NCBI GenBank assembly: GCA_016180645.1
Contig: JACPAV010000005.1
Span: 124,001-186,916 of the forward strand
Direction of reading: 5' to 3'
DNA length: 62,916 nt
Source: Nitrospirota bacterium
GTDB taxonomy: Bacteria > JACPQY01
Below are positions 8,721-18,271 of the stretch, piece by piece; position 1 is the first letter of the stretch; each line of letters opens with the position of its first letter. Under the pieces are notes generated by a model. It made no database searches and was not told the DNA's origin. It saw only the letters and a list, made by a program, of their open reading frames with translations. The position numbers were made by a program, and so were the translations under genes.

Positions 8721-10385
8721 ATGGGCGGGATCTGCGGCATCCTCAACGCTACCGGCCACGCCTCGACCGGGGATCTGCACACGATGCTGTTCATGCTCTC
8801 CCACCGCGGCATCGGCGCTCCCGGCGCGTGGTCCTCCACCCCCGCGGCGCTCGGTCATTGGGATTCTCACACCCTTGACCCGGAACGTCGGGGGGTCCAG
8901 CCCTTTCACGACGGTTCCAACGGCCCTTGCATCGTCTTCGATGGGCGCCTCGACCACCGGGATGCCTTGCTGTCCGATCTGTGCCTCGATCGCGCAACGG
9001 ACGTTGAACTCGCGCTGGCCGCCTACTTGCGTTGGGGAGACGATGCATGGACGCATCTCCTCGGCGACTTCGCGCTGGCCCTCTGGGACCCGCGCGAGGA
9101 CTGCCTGCTACTGGCGAGGGACCCCGTCGGCGTCAGGCCTCTCTTTTACTCCGTTTGCCCGACCCGATTCGTTTTCGCCTCGGAGGCCAAAGCGATTCTG
9201 GCTATGACGGATGTCGTTCGCGCTCCGGATCCGGAGAGCATGGCGGAACTGAAGCGATATCGTTTCCGCCGTCATGAGTACACGTTTTTCCAAGGTATCC
9301 TCCGGGTGCGCCCCGGCCAGAGGCTCAGAGTCGACCGGCGAGGCATCGACCGGCGCGCATTCTGGAAGCCCGTGTGCTCCCCTCGCCCGAACGGCATGGA
9401 GCCGGAGGAGGCCCACAACCAATTCAGAAGACTCTTCATCGAGGCGGTGCGAGACCGGCTTCCGGCCCGCGGAACGGCGGCGATCATGCTGTCCGGAGGT
9501 TTGGACTCCTCTTCCATTGCGGTGGCCGCCTCCCATGCCCGCGGTCTGAAGACGACCGGCTGCCCCGCGCGTCTGGAAGCCTACACGCTGCTCTGGAAGG
9601 ATGGAGAGGACGAACGACGCCTGAGCCGGATCGCGGCCGAGAAGGCCGGCCTCCACGTATCCCCTGTGATGTTGGACGATGTGGAACTCGATCCCACCCC
9701 CGCGTTGGTCTTCGAACACGAGACGCCGCTTCTCAACCCCATCGACCAGGTCTACGGCAAGCTGTACCGCGCGGCGGCCGCAGCCGGTCATCGCATCCTT
9801 CTGAACGGAGAATGGGGAGATGACCTCCTCCACGGCGGGGCCTTCCTGGCCGACCTTCTCGTCTCGGGGCGCTGGAAGGCATTCGCAAGGCAGATCCGGG
9901 GTTTCCGCGACAACGAGGGGATCCCCATTCGCTCGATGTTGCGCTACCTCCTCGAATGCCTTCTCCTGCCGCGCCGGGATACCCCGAAATTCGCCACCCA
10001 CGCTCAAGAGCAAATCTACGAAGCGGTCTTTGTCCCTCTCAAACTGCTGGCCATCGAGAACCTCGAACGCGGGGCCGCCGCGCATGGCATCGAAATCAGA
10101 CTTCCCTATCTGGATCTCCGGCTCATCGAATTCCTGTTTCGGGTCCCCGGCGAATGGCTCGCTGAGGAAGGAATCGGCAAACAACCGCTTCGGAAAGGTT
10201 TGGCCGACCTGCTGCCCGGGGAGATTTCCGGACAGCCCCGCAAAGACAATACGCCCTTGTTCCGCGTGCCCTCGACCTTCCCGGCGTCAGGACGGGAGGG
10301 CGATATGAGAGCCTACTCTTCCGCCTGGTCCGCCAAGGCGGAAAGCGAATGGCGATCCGTCTGGTTCGGCCGGCCGGCTAAGTAG
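8721..10385 (+). CDS. Asparagine-synthetase-like lasso cyclase C1
   Basis: HRG, DGRLD, GDFALALWD, ARDPVGVRPL, PP-loop LSGGLDSS, RLPYLD; no Cys at position 2. Confidence 0.85.
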   Translation: MGGICGILNATGHASTGDLHTMLFMLSHRGIGAPGAWSSTPAALGHWDSHTLDPERRGVQPFHDGSNGPCIVFDGRLDHRDALLSDLCLDRATDVELALAAYLRWGDDAWTHLLGDFALALWDPREDCLLLARDPVGVRPLFYSVCPTRFVFASEAKAILAMTDVVRAPDPESMAELKRYRFRRHEYTFFQGILRVRPGQRLRVDRRGIDRRAFWKPVCSPRPNGMEPEEAHNQFRRLFIEAVRDRLPARGTAAIMLSGGLDSSSIAVAASHARGLKTTGCPARLEAYTLLWKDGEDERRLSRIAAEKAGLHVSPVMLDDVELDPTPALVFEHETPLLNPIDQVYGKLYRAAAAAGHRILLNGEWGDDLLHGGAFLADLLVSGRWKAFARQIRGFRDNEGIPIRSMLRYLLECLLLPRRDTPKFATHAQEQIYEAVFVPLKLLAIENLERGAAAHGIEIRLPYLDLRLIEFLFRVPGEWLAEEGIGKQPLRKGLADLLPGEISGQPRKDNTPLFRVPSTFPASGREGDMRAYSSAWSAKAESEWRSVWFGRPAK

Positions 10386-10437
10386 CAGAGCGTTCAGGCT
10401 CTGCAAGCAGATGCGCGCAAAGACTCTTGTGCGCATC
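10385..10437. terminator. Two tandem hairpins between convergent C1 and precursor A1
   Basis: GCAGAGC/GCTCTGC (10385-10404) and GATGCGCGCAA/TTGTGCGCATC (10410-10437); no clear U tract. Confidence 0.45.
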
Positions 10438-10438
10438 C

Positions 10439-10633
10439 TTAGTTATGGTTGCTGAAGGCGGTCTTGTTCGTCGGATCTTTTTCGATGGATCCCCCTCCCC
10501 CGCGCGTCAACGCCGTCAGATCGCCGTATTCAATCAGCCGTGGAGCGGCGTAGCGTTGCCGAAGGCCGGTTGGACCGGCACTCCGGAGGGATCCAACGCC
10601 TGTGCCCTTCGAGCGTCTCCGCTTTTGAACCAT
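10439..10633 (-). CDS. Lasso peptide precursor A1 (64 aa)
   Basis: Leader YAAPRLIEYGDLTALTR (YxxPxL...G...T-2); core GGGGSIEKDPTNKTAFSNHN with acceptors E7/D9; GGAGG upstream. Confidence 0.88.
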   Translation of the reverse strand: MVQKRRRSKGTGVGSLRSAGPTGLRQRYAAPRLIEYGDLTALTRGGGGSIEKDPTNKTAFSNHN

Positions 10634-12330
10634 GCTTCCTCCCAAGAGTTTCTCGCTGCCGCCCGCCAGAGCCTCATGGCCCCGCCGGGAGTTCCGTTCT
10701 TGTAGCCACATTCGGCCAGTTTGTTCGCCCAGAAAGCCGTGGCCACCGCCTTGCTGCGCCGCGCCGCGGTTCGCTCCGGAAGGATGCCTCTCAAACCCTC
10801 ACGAAGGAGCCGTTTCCCAACCCCTGCCCGAATCCGCATCCCGGCAGGCATCCTGAATACCAGTTCGACCAAACGCCGGTCCAGAAAAGGAAAACAAACT
10901 TCCACCCCTTGATACGCGGCGCCCATGTCGAACGATTCCAGCGTCATCGTATGGTAGCAGCCGAAGAGGGAGCCGTAAAGTTCCCTTTGATTGCACGTGG
11001 GGAAGACCGGACCTCCGGTGTTGGGCAGAAGCAGATACCGGAGCGCCCGCATCAACGCCGCCCTCCAATTCCCGACGTCGCTTTCCCCGATCCGTCGGAT
11101 CTCCCGGTAGAACTCCACCGGCCGGCCGGCCCGGATCAGGTCCCCAAGAAAACTCATGCCGGCCATCATCTGATCGCCCCAGAATCCGGTGAACACCCTT
11201 CGCGCGCCCCGCTTCGCCGCCGCCCCGAACATGCCGACGTAAAGATTCGGATCCTGCACCTCCACGAACGGCGACTCCAATTCGACCGCAAGCCGGTCCA
11301 GATGGTCCGTCGGCCGGATATCGTCCGCGTCCACCACCGCATTCGGAAGCTTCAGACACGCCGCGGCCGGCCCAAAATGTTCCCTCTCATTCTCAAACGC
11401 GCCAAAAACGACCGACTGTGTGTGCAGGCGGGATCGGTCCTCACCTTGTGCCACGTGCGAAGCGGCAGCGGCGATGGAGGTGGAGTCCAAGCCTCCCGAA
11501 AGCGTGAAGACAACGTTTCCCTCCTTGGGAATTCTCCGCCGAACGCCCTCCACAAATACCTTTCGGAAACGGCTCAACCACGCGGACTCGCTCAAACCTC
11601 CCATGGGCGGCCCGTGGGGAGGAACCCAATACGTCTCGCACCGCAAACGGTCCTCCTCTACGCGCATTCGCTCTCCGGGCAGAACGCGCCGTATCCCCTC
11701 GAAGAAACTGTTCTCCAGTGCTCGGAACTTGAACCGCTCGTATTCCGCCATTTTCAGTTCGCTTGGCCGGCACGGGACCCCCGGCACGGCCAGAATGGCT
11801 TTGGCTTCCGACGCGAAGATGAATCTTCGCCCATCCCGATAGTAGAAAAGAGGCTTGACCCCCAGGGGATCTCGGGCCAGCATGAGGCGGCCGCGTGGTC
11901 CATCCCACACCGCCAGAGCGAAATCCCCGAACAGCCACTTGGGGAGGTCCCACTCGAACTGCCGATACGCCGCCGCCAGCGCGCCTTCGGTGGTTCTCCT
12001 CAGATCCGCCGACGAGGCGGCCGTGTTCGAGCGGCGCGGGAAACCCTCATGCCCGCGTGCGCTGCCTTCGCGCCCTCGCCCCGCCGCGCGGCTGATCACA
12101 TCCACGTTGTCGATCCGGCCGTCCATCACCATACTGACCCCATCGGAGCTCAGCGGGCGGAAGGTCGTCTCATCGACCACCATGAGGGCGTGGACGAGTC
12201 CAACGGGGCCATCGCGAACGATCTTCAACCCGTCGGGCGCCCGGTGCCGAAGGGCATACCCCATCCGCTCCAAATGATCCGCGGGAGCCCCGCGGCCGTC
12301 CACCTGGAGAATACCGGCTATGCCGCTCAC
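10534..12330 (-). CDS. Asparagine-synthetase-like lasso cyclase C2
   Basis: GTG start (M)SGIAGIL, HRAPDG, DGRIDN, LSGGLDST, FPFLDRRLVE. Confidence 0.87.
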   Translation of the reverse strand: MSGIAGILQVDGRGAPADHLERMGYALRHRAPDGLKIVRDGPVGLVHALMVVDETTFRPLSSDGVSMVMDGRIDNVDVISRAAGRGREGSARGHEGFPRRSNTAASSADLRRTTEGALAAAYRQFEWDLPKWLFGDFALAVWDGPRGRLMLARDPLGVKPLFYYRDGRRFIFASEAKAILAVPGVPCRPSELKMAEYERFKFRALENSFFEGIRRVLPGERMRVEEDRLRCETYWVPPHGPPMGGLSESAWLSRFRKVFVEGVRRRIPKEGNVVFTLSGGLDSTSIAAAASHVAQGEDRSRLHTQSVVFGAFENEREHFGPAAACLKLPNAVVDADDIRPTDHLDRLAVELESPFVEVQDPNLYVGMFGAAAKRGARRVFTGFWGDQMMAGMSFLGDLIRAGRPVEFYREIRRIGESDVGNWRAALMRALRYLLLPNTGGPVFPTCNQRELYGSLFGCYHTMTLESFDMGAAYQGVEVCFPFLDRRLVELVFRMPAGMRIRAGVGKRLLREGLRGILPERTAARRSKAVATAFWANKLAECGYKNGTPGGAMRLWRAAARNSWEEAWFKSGDARRAQALDPSGVPVQPAFGNATPLHG

Positions 12331-12361
12331 AACACCCCCATCGCCACTGGATTCGAAAGAA

Positions 12362-12655
12362 CTATCGGAGGCGAACCAACCCCTTGCCCGCAAGCGTCCG
12401 CGCCAGCGTGAGGATGTCGCGTTGGGCCCGCTCCGCCGTTACGCGGTAGTTCCGCAACAGTCTCCTGCCGATCGCCTCAACGGCCTCCCCGCGCGCGATC
12501 CCTTTCCATATCAGCGCCGCGGCATCTTGGAGACCGTAATACCTTCCCTTCCGGAGGTCCAGAAGAACGATTTCTCCTCCCACTTCGCGCCAGACCACAT
12601 CCGGGGAGATCATCGCCCGCGATCCTACGCTGATTCTCCTTTTGTGATGCGCCAT
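12362..12655 (-). CDS. Lasso B1 / PqqD-family RiPP recognition element
   Basis: WREVGGEIVLLDLRKGRYYGL...IW...L...GLV pattern. Confidence 0.9.
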   Translation of the reverse strand: MAHHKRRISVGSRAMISPDVVWREVGGEIVLLDLRKGRYYGLQDAAALIWKGIARGEAVEAIGRRLLRNYRVTAERAQRDILTLARTLAGKGLVRLR

Positions 12656-13147
12656 TCAGACCGCGCTCGTATTCAGGCGGCTGCCGGCGCGCAGCCGGCT
12701 GCCCTTGAGGGTTTCGCGCGAGGAGGACGCGGCGACTGCCAGAAGGGGCTTCACTCGGCCGAACCGTCCGGCCCGCATCACGTCACGGCTCCCCTCCCGC
12801 ACCCAGGCATGCCCGTGCAGTCGACCTCTCTCCGGCCTCGCTGAGAGTCGCAACTCGACTCCAGGCGCCCCTCCCAAGAGCCAGTAGGCCGACAGTGCCC
12901 GGCGAAGGCAGGAACGCTCCCCCGGCACGAGGGGGTCCACCCTTTCAATCCAATGCGTGACCGCCGCAACATCCGAATCGACCGGTGCAGCGTGGTCGGC
13001 CCGCCATTGCAAGGCCCGGAGAATGATTTTGAAGGACACGACTCGGAGGGCCAGTTCGCAGACTCCCACGGCGGCGAGAGCGCGCACCGCGCGTCGCCTC
13101 TCGCGGGCTTCCAGGCGCCGGAAGCGCTGAAGCCGACCACGGCTCAT
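12656..13147 (-). CDS. Lasso B2 leader peptidase (transglutaminase-like)
   Basis: SCLRRAL catalytic Cys, HAW motif; ATG 13147 overlaps the ABC stop. Confidence 0.88.
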   Translation of the reverse strand: MSRGRLQRFRRLEARERRRAVRALAAVGVCELALRVVSFKIILRALQWRADHAAPVDSDVAAVTHWIERVDPLVPGERSCLRRALSAYWLLGGAPGVELRLSARPERGRLHGHAWVREGSRDVMRAGRFGRVKPLLAVAASSSRETLKGSRLRAGSRLNTSAV

Positions 13148-14925
13148 GCCGATGATCGCGCCAGTGCGATCGGCCGAGTCTGGCGTTCCTCGGCCCGGAC
13201 ATGCAGCATCCACAGGTGGTGATAAAGCCCTCCACGCGCCAGGAGATCGTCATGCGTCCCTTGTTCGATGATTCGGCCTGCATCCATCGCGAGAATAATA
13301 TCCGCGTGTCGGATCGTGCTCAAGCGATGCGCCACGGCGAGAACGGTCCTCCCCCTCCCCCATTCGGCGATCGCGTCCTGCACTCGCCGGTCCGTCTCGC
13401 TGTCCAGAGCGGACGTCGCTTCATCCAGAAGGAGAACCCGGGGGTCCTTCAGAACGGCCCGCGCGATGGCAATCCGCTGCCGCTCTCCCCCGGAAAGCAT
13501 CACCCCCCTCTGTCCGATCACGGTGTCCAGCCCTCGCGGCAGCGCCCGGATGAATTCCGTGACGCACGCGATTCGACAGGCATCCTCAATCTCTTTCTCG
13601 GTGGCGTCCAGCTTTCCATAACAAAGGTTTTCGCTCACCGTTCCCCCAAAGAGGATCGTCTCTTGAGGAACCCACGCGATCTGGCGATACAGACTTTCCT
13701 TCCGAACCGTCCGAATATCCTCGCCGTCCATCTCGATGCTCCCCGCGGACGGTTCGTAGAACCCGTGGATCAGTTGGATGAGAGTACTCTTCCCCCCGCC
13801 CGTCGGACCGACGACCGCCGCCACGCTCCCCGCCGGAATGTCCAGGCTCACGCCTCGAAGCACCGGGGGACCGTCGGGGTAGGAAAACTCGACCTCCCTC
13901 ACACGAATTCGACCTCGCAGGCGTGGAAGGGCTCTCGCTTCGGTCGGCTTCGTCGGGTCTCCCGGTGTCTCCAGGAGCGAGAGCACACGCTCCGAGGCGC
14001 CTTGCGCCTCCTTCAGACGACCCACAAGGCTGGTGGCGGTGATGAAGGGTCCCATGAGGAGACCGCCATACAGGGCGAAGGCCACCAGATCTCCCGCGCT
14101 CATCCCCCCCTCGATGACCTGCACACCTCCGTACCACACCATCCCCGCCGCTCCCATCACCCCCAGGAGCGTCAGCCCCGGGGCCAGGATGGCATTCACC
14201 GCCGCCCTGCGGAGAGCAAATCGGACCCCTTCCCACACTTGGGTCCCGAACCGTTCCGCCTCGAATTCTTCCCGTTGGAACGATCGCACGGCGCGGATGG
14301 AGGAGAGCGCTTCCTCCGCGGTGGAAAGCGCCTCGGCCGAGCGATCATGGTAGTCGCGCGAGAGCCGCCGCATTCTCCGGCCGGACCACTTCGCCGCCAC
14401 CACAACGGCCGGGACGACCGCCAGAACCCAGAGCGAGAGGCGCGCGTTGAGATAGATCAGCAGGGCCGTCGCCCCCGAGAACGTTACCGCATGCCTGGCC
14501 AACTCCGAAGGCACGGTTTCCAGGAAGCTCTGGAGGGCGCCCACGTCGTTGGAGAGGCGCGACACGAGCTCTCCCGTCTTGTGACGCGAGAAATAGTCGA
14601 ACGGTTGCGCCTCCAACCGCTCGAAGAGCCGGACCTTGAGCCGCGCGCCCACCCGCTGCCCGAACCGAACAACCAAGTAGGCATGACCCACTCCGAATCC
14701 GGCCTGGAGAATGTAGAGGGCGCCGACCACGGCCATCACGCCGGGAAGCGCGGCGAGATTCTTCTCCGAGGCGATGACATCCACCAAGCGCCTGGCCTGC
14801 CACAAAAGAACCAGATTCGCGCCGGCGCCGAGCATCTGCAGGGCCGACGCCGCCAAAAGGGAGGGGGTCTCGGGCCGAACGAACGGAACGAGACTGCGCA
14901 GAAATCCCGGCAAACTTCCGGTCAA
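13144..14925 (-). CDS. ABC exporter, fused permease/ATPase
   Basis: TM domain, GPTGGGKST, LSGGERQR, LLLDEATSALD. Confidence 0.95.
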   Translation of the reverse strand: MTGSLPGFLRSLVPFVRPETPSLLAASALQMLGAGANLVLLWQARRLVDVIASEKNLAALPGVMAVVGALYILQAGFGVGHAYLVVRFGQRVGARLKVRLFERLEAQPFDYFSRHKTGELVSRLSNDVGALQSFLETVPSELARHAVTFSGATALLIYLNARLSLWVLAVVPAVVVAAKWSGRRMRRLSRDYHDRSAEALSTAEEALSSIRAVRSFQREEFEAERFGTQVWEGVRFALRRAAVNAILAPGLTLLGVMGAAGMVWYGGVQVIEGGMSAGDLVAFALYGGLLMGPFITATSLVGRLKEAQGASERVLSLLETPGDPTKPTEARALPRLRGRIRVREVEFSYPDGPPVLRGVSLDIPAGSVAAVVGPTGGGKSTLIQLIHGFYEPSAGSIEMDGEDIRTVRKESLYRQIAWVPQETILFGGTVSENLCYGKLDATEKEIEDACRIACVTEFIRALPRGLDTVIGQRGVMLSGGERQRIAIARAVLKDPRVLLLDEATSALDSETDRRVQDAIAEWGRGRTVLAVAHRLSTIRHADIILAMDAGRIIEQGTHDDLLARGGLYHHLWMLHVRAEERQTRPIALARSSA

Positions 14926-15095
14926 TCTCGGGTCTTGACGCAGCTCGCGTTCCCAACCGTGCGGCAGGTGAAACCCGGAGATCGCGAGGAGTCACAGACG
15001 ATCGCCAACGCCTCGACCATCTTGCTGTAGACGAGTTCGGGTTTCTTATACGGCTTCCGGCCTATCGGTGATTTCCGATCTTGATTCTTCATCAT
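14922..15095 (-). CDS. RiPP precursor A3 (57 aa, Cys-containing; not in ORF track)
   Basis: Hand translation MMKNQDRKSPIGRKPYKKPELVYSKMVEALAIVCDSSRSPGFTCRTVGNASCVKTRD; YxxPxL leader; starts 13 nt after the rSAM stop and its TGA overlaps the ABC TTG. Confidence 0.85.
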   Translation of the reverse strand: MMKNQDRKSPIGRKPYKKPELVYSKMVEALAIVCDSSRSPGFTCRTVGNASCVKTRD

Positions 15096-15108
15096 TCGAT
15101 CCCTTCGG

Positions 15109-16245
15109 TTATCCGGCTGTTGAATTGTCGCATGTTACCTGTCCGCAGGAACATTCGCTGCGGTTTCCAGATCCCTCCGTCAGCCCCGCGGCTCGCAGGG
15201 GAGCTGAGGTCCTCCCCTCTTTGCTCTGAACGGCCTGATACACAACCTCCGCCTGCTCACAACAGGTCGGCGAAGGCCCCTTGAGATCCCCGGTCTCCAG
15301 ATGGGCCACGCCGGTGCATCGGCTGCAATAATCCTTCACGGAGCAACTCCGGCAGGTTTTCAGGTCCCCGAATCGAAGCGCGCGGATCTGCTTCAACTGT
15401 TCTTCTCCCCACAGATCTCCGAAGGAGCGTTCCCGCAGGTTTCCGATGGCCACCCGCATCGCCACACACGGCATGAGATCTCCATAGGGAGAAATGTACG
15501 CGGAAGACGACCCCGCGCCGCACAGCGGATCGTCATTCTGATAGTCCCTGAGCACAAACTCTTCCGCAAATCCGGGGGTTGTCTCCTTGATGAAGCAGGC
15601 GAGCTCCGGAGGCATGAGACGGAGGCTTTGCGGCGATCGGTCGCCGTTGTCCTTCGGCACGATCGAAAGATCGCTTCGCAACTTTGCGCCGATCTTTTCC
15701 CCCAAGGCCATGACGTCATGGTACTGATCCTGATTCTGTTTCATGATCGGCATGTTCATGTACGTTCGGACGCCCCGTTCATTCAAGAGGCGAATTCCCC
15801 GCACGGACTTCTCGAATGAACCCTTCCTGAGCGTGATCGAATCGTGAATGTCCGGATGCGCTCCATAGATGCTCACCAGAACCGCGAGGGGCTTCCAAGA
15901 GGCGATTTCGTCGGCCAGCGTTCCGTTCACCATGGTCGCAGTCGTCAGCAGGCGAAGGGCGAAGCCCAGTTCGCGCGATCGCCGGGCGATCTCGATGAAA
16001 TCTCGCCGCATGAAGATCTCCCCCCCGCTGAATGTGATGAACAGCGTGCCCGCACTCGCGAGCCCCTCCAACACGCCATACACCTGATCCGTCGTCAATT
16101 CCGGCCGGTCCATGACCACGCGGTAGCAATGCACGCAGTCCAGGTGACACACGTTCGTGACGTCCCAGTGCACGGTGAGAGGGATGGCACGCTCATGCGC
16201 CTTGTCCAGAATCGTCTCGTAGTAGTCCAGAGTCTTCACGGCCAT
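15109..16245 (-). CDS. Radical SAM/SPASM peptide maturase
   Basis: CHLDCVHC, SGGE, SPASM CGAG...ISPYGDLMPC...CRSC...YCSRC. Confidence 0.92.
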   Translation of the reverse strand: MAVKTLDYYETILDKAHERAIPLTVHWDVTNVCHLDCVHCYRVVMDRPELTTDQVYGVLEGLASAGTLFITFSGGEIFMRRDFIEIARRSRELGFALRLLTTATMVNGTLADEIASWKPLAVLVSIYGAHPDIHDSITLRKGSFEKSVRGIRLLNERGVRTYMNMPIMKQNQDQYHDVMALGEKIGAKLRSDLSIVPKDNGDRSPQSLRLMPPELACFIKETTPGFAEEFVLRDYQNDDPLCGAGSSSAYISPYGDLMPCVAMRVAIGNLRERSFGDLWGEEQLKQIRALRFGDLKTCRSCSVKDYCSRCTGVAHLETGDLKGPSPTCCEQAEVVYQAVQSKEGRTSAPLRAAGLTEGSGNRSECSCGQVTCDNSTAG

Positions 16246-16246
16246 G

Positions 16247-16537
16247 TCATGTGCCCCCTTCGGCAACCAGGAGTTTCTTGGAGGTAAGGGTGGCCAGCAG
16301 TTCTTCCACGTCTTTCAGCGCCGTCTCCGCGTCCACCTCGAAGGCGTCGCTGAGTCGTTGGGCCATGGCGCCGGCCGTCATCGAACCGTCCGCCAGCGAC
16401 CACACAAAACTTCCCGTCTCGTTCAGGATGTGAACCTCCTGTGTCGAAGGATCGACGATCACGGCTTCTCCGTCCACGATCCGATGCGCCACATCGGGGG
16501 AGCGGCGGATCGTGGCTACGCCATTCCCCGCGCTCAT
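16247..16537 (-). CDS. PqqD family protein (second RRE)
   Basis: RIVDGEAVIV...LNETGSFVWSLADG...DVEELL. Confidence 0.9.
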   Translation of the reverse strand: MSAGNGVATIRRSPDVAHRIVDGEAVIVDPSTQEVHILNETGSFVWSLADGSMTAGAMAQRLSDAFEVDAETALKDVEELLATLTSKKLLVAEGGT

Positions 16538-17262
16538 GCCGTGGCCTCCTCGAGAAACGGCTCGATGAGGTCACTCAAGTTCAGCGTCAACTTGAAGGCC
16601 GGTACCCGTTCCAGAAACCGCAGCATCCGTTCCATCAATTGGTCCGGAGTCACCGCGGCGCCTTCCACCTGGGGGCGCAGGAGGAGGTCCGCCACGGCGC
16701 GCGCGGGCGAGAGTCTTTCGCGCCTGGATTTCTCCCCTTGCGCGAGCACAAATACCGCGTGGACGGGGTACCTTGGACCCTCCAGCGCCACGGGGGCCCA
16801 GGCCAGAGGACGTGAGTCCGTGAGCCCGTGAGCCCGTGAGCCGGAAGGATGGATGCAGACCAGGTCGTCGTGGAGAATGGGCCGGGCGAGGCGCGAAAGC
16901 GTGGTGGTCTTCCCCGCTCCGGAAGGGCCGCAGAAGAGGGTGGCTTCACCGTTCTTCATGGCGGCTCCGGCATGCAGGACGAAACCGCCCTCCCTATATG
17001 CAAGCACGGTCCTCACGATCCGAAAGGCGTTCGTGCGCCCGAAGGGCTCAAATCCCGGCTGCACGTTGAACTTCGCCAAACCGGCCTCCCAGTCCATCCG
17101 GCCCGCATAGTGCTCGGTCTGAACGACGAGCGAATGGGTTGAATCTTGAATGACCGGGATGGCCGCCCCCGAATCCGGCTCGGCCGAGATCACGATCTGC
17201 ACGGCCCCTGCCCTCGTACCCTGCTCCGAATCAAACCCTCTCACCTCCCATGGCACCATCAT
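16534..17262 (-). CDS. HPr-kinase-related P-loop protein K3 (rSAM-associated type)
   Basis: VLHAGAA, GPSGAGKTT, ILHDD. Confidence 0.75.
   Translation of the reverse strand: MMVPWEVRGFDSEQGTRAGAVQIVISAEPDSGAAIPVIQDSTHSLVVQTEHYAGRMDWEAGLAKFNVQPGFEPFGRTNAFRIVRTVLAYREGGFVLHAGAAMKNGEATLFCGPSGAGKTTTLSRLARPILHDDLVCIHPSGSRAHGLTDSRPLAWAPVALEGPRYPVHAVFVLAQGEKSRRERLSPARAVADLLLRPQVEGAAVTPDQLMERMLRFLERVPAFKLTLNLSDLIEPFLEEATA
16811..16842. repeat. Intragenic 8-bp tandem repeat (CGTGAGYC) x4
   Basis: cgtgagtc cgtgagcc cgtgagcc cgtgagcc. Confidence 0.85.
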
Positions 17263-17443
17263 AGGAGAAGATCACCCCGGTGTCCAACCATGGATGGTGC
17301 GGCACCGATCCTGCCAAGCGAGCCAGGGAAGGCGAGCGCTGAAGATCGGGGCCAGCCATGGATGGTGCGGTACTTGGCGATACAAGGCAGACAGGAAGTC
17401 TGCCCTTTCAACTCTCTCGACCCGGTTGTGTTATCCCTCTCCC

Positions 17444-18271
17444 ATGCGGTATTCAAGCTCGATGCCGGGAGTCTCAAGCAACGGGAGCAAGCGCGTGCTG
17501 GCCCGCCACAGGTTTCCCAGCGGCCGGATTGGATTCGAGGCCTTCGAAAACCGGCAGCGATACGAACTCCGGTGGGCGGGGGCTGCGCGCGCCCTTGTGC
17601 CGAAAACCGGCCTACGCGCGCGGGTCATTCCGCAGCCCAACGCCCGCCCCATCACGCTGGCGGTACTCCGGCATATCGTGGCGGCCTATGCATCGAGCCT
17701 GAGGGGAGTGGAATCCCTGCACGCCACGGTCGTGTCGAATCATCATGGCGCGATCGCTCTACTGGGACCCTCAGGTGAAGGAAAATCGACGCTCGCGCGC
17801 CACTTCATGATGCGGGGTTGGACCCTGCACACGGACGACATCCTCTACCTCAGATTCTCCCAACGTTCCGTGTGGCCTGCCCGCCGCCGCGCCTGGTTCA
17901 AGGTCGCCCCGGAGTCAGCGCTCCGTGCGCGCGGGGACCGGGACTATGACCCGAACTTCGGAAAGCGAATTACCCTTCTCCCGCCTCCTAAAGCGGCCAA
18001 GCCCATTCGGGCCTTCATTCGGTTGAGCCGCCGGCGCGCTTGCCGAATTCATGCCACACCCGTGAGCCCATCCCAAGCAGCCCTCCACCTCATGGCCAAC
18101 GCCTACAACGACATTCTTTGCCCACCCCCCGTCCTGGCGCGTCAGTTCCGTTGGTCCGCCCGGCTGGCCCAAGCGGTCCCGCTCTGGCAGCTCGAGTACC
18201 CGTCGGGCACACGCCACCTGGGTCGAATCGAGCTGTCCTTGGCGAACCTGCTCAAAAGCCTCCCACGGTGA
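17444..18271 (+). CDS. HPr-kinase-like protein K2 (paralog of K1); start uncertain (17444 or 17462)
   Basis: YELRW, LHATVV, GPSGEGKST, LHTDD, YDPNFGK, LEYPSG; colinear with K1. Confidence 0.83.
   Translation: MRYSSSMPGVSSNGSKRVLARHRFPSGRIGFEAFENRQRYELRWAGAARALVPKTGLRARVIPQPNARPITLAVLRHIVAAYASSLRGVESLHATVVSNHHGAIALLGPSGEGKSTLARHFMMRGWTLHTDDILYLRFSQRSVWPARRRAWFKVAPESALRARGDRDYDPNFGKRITLLPPPKAAKPIRAFIRLSRRRACRIHATPVSPSQAALHLMANAYNDILCPPPVLARQFRWSARLAQAVPLWQLEYPSGTRHLGRIELSLANLLKSLPR

Noticed and set aside
10540-12411. 623-aa plus-strand ORF
   Set aside because: Antisense shadow of cyclase C2; no motifs; typical of high-GC DNA
13201-15030. 609-aa plus-strand ORF
   Set aside because: Antisense shadow of the ABC transporter and precursor A3
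17259-17477. 72-aa minus-strand ORF upstream of K3
   Set aside because: No recognisable motif; lies in the divergent promoter region; no simple edit fuses it to K3
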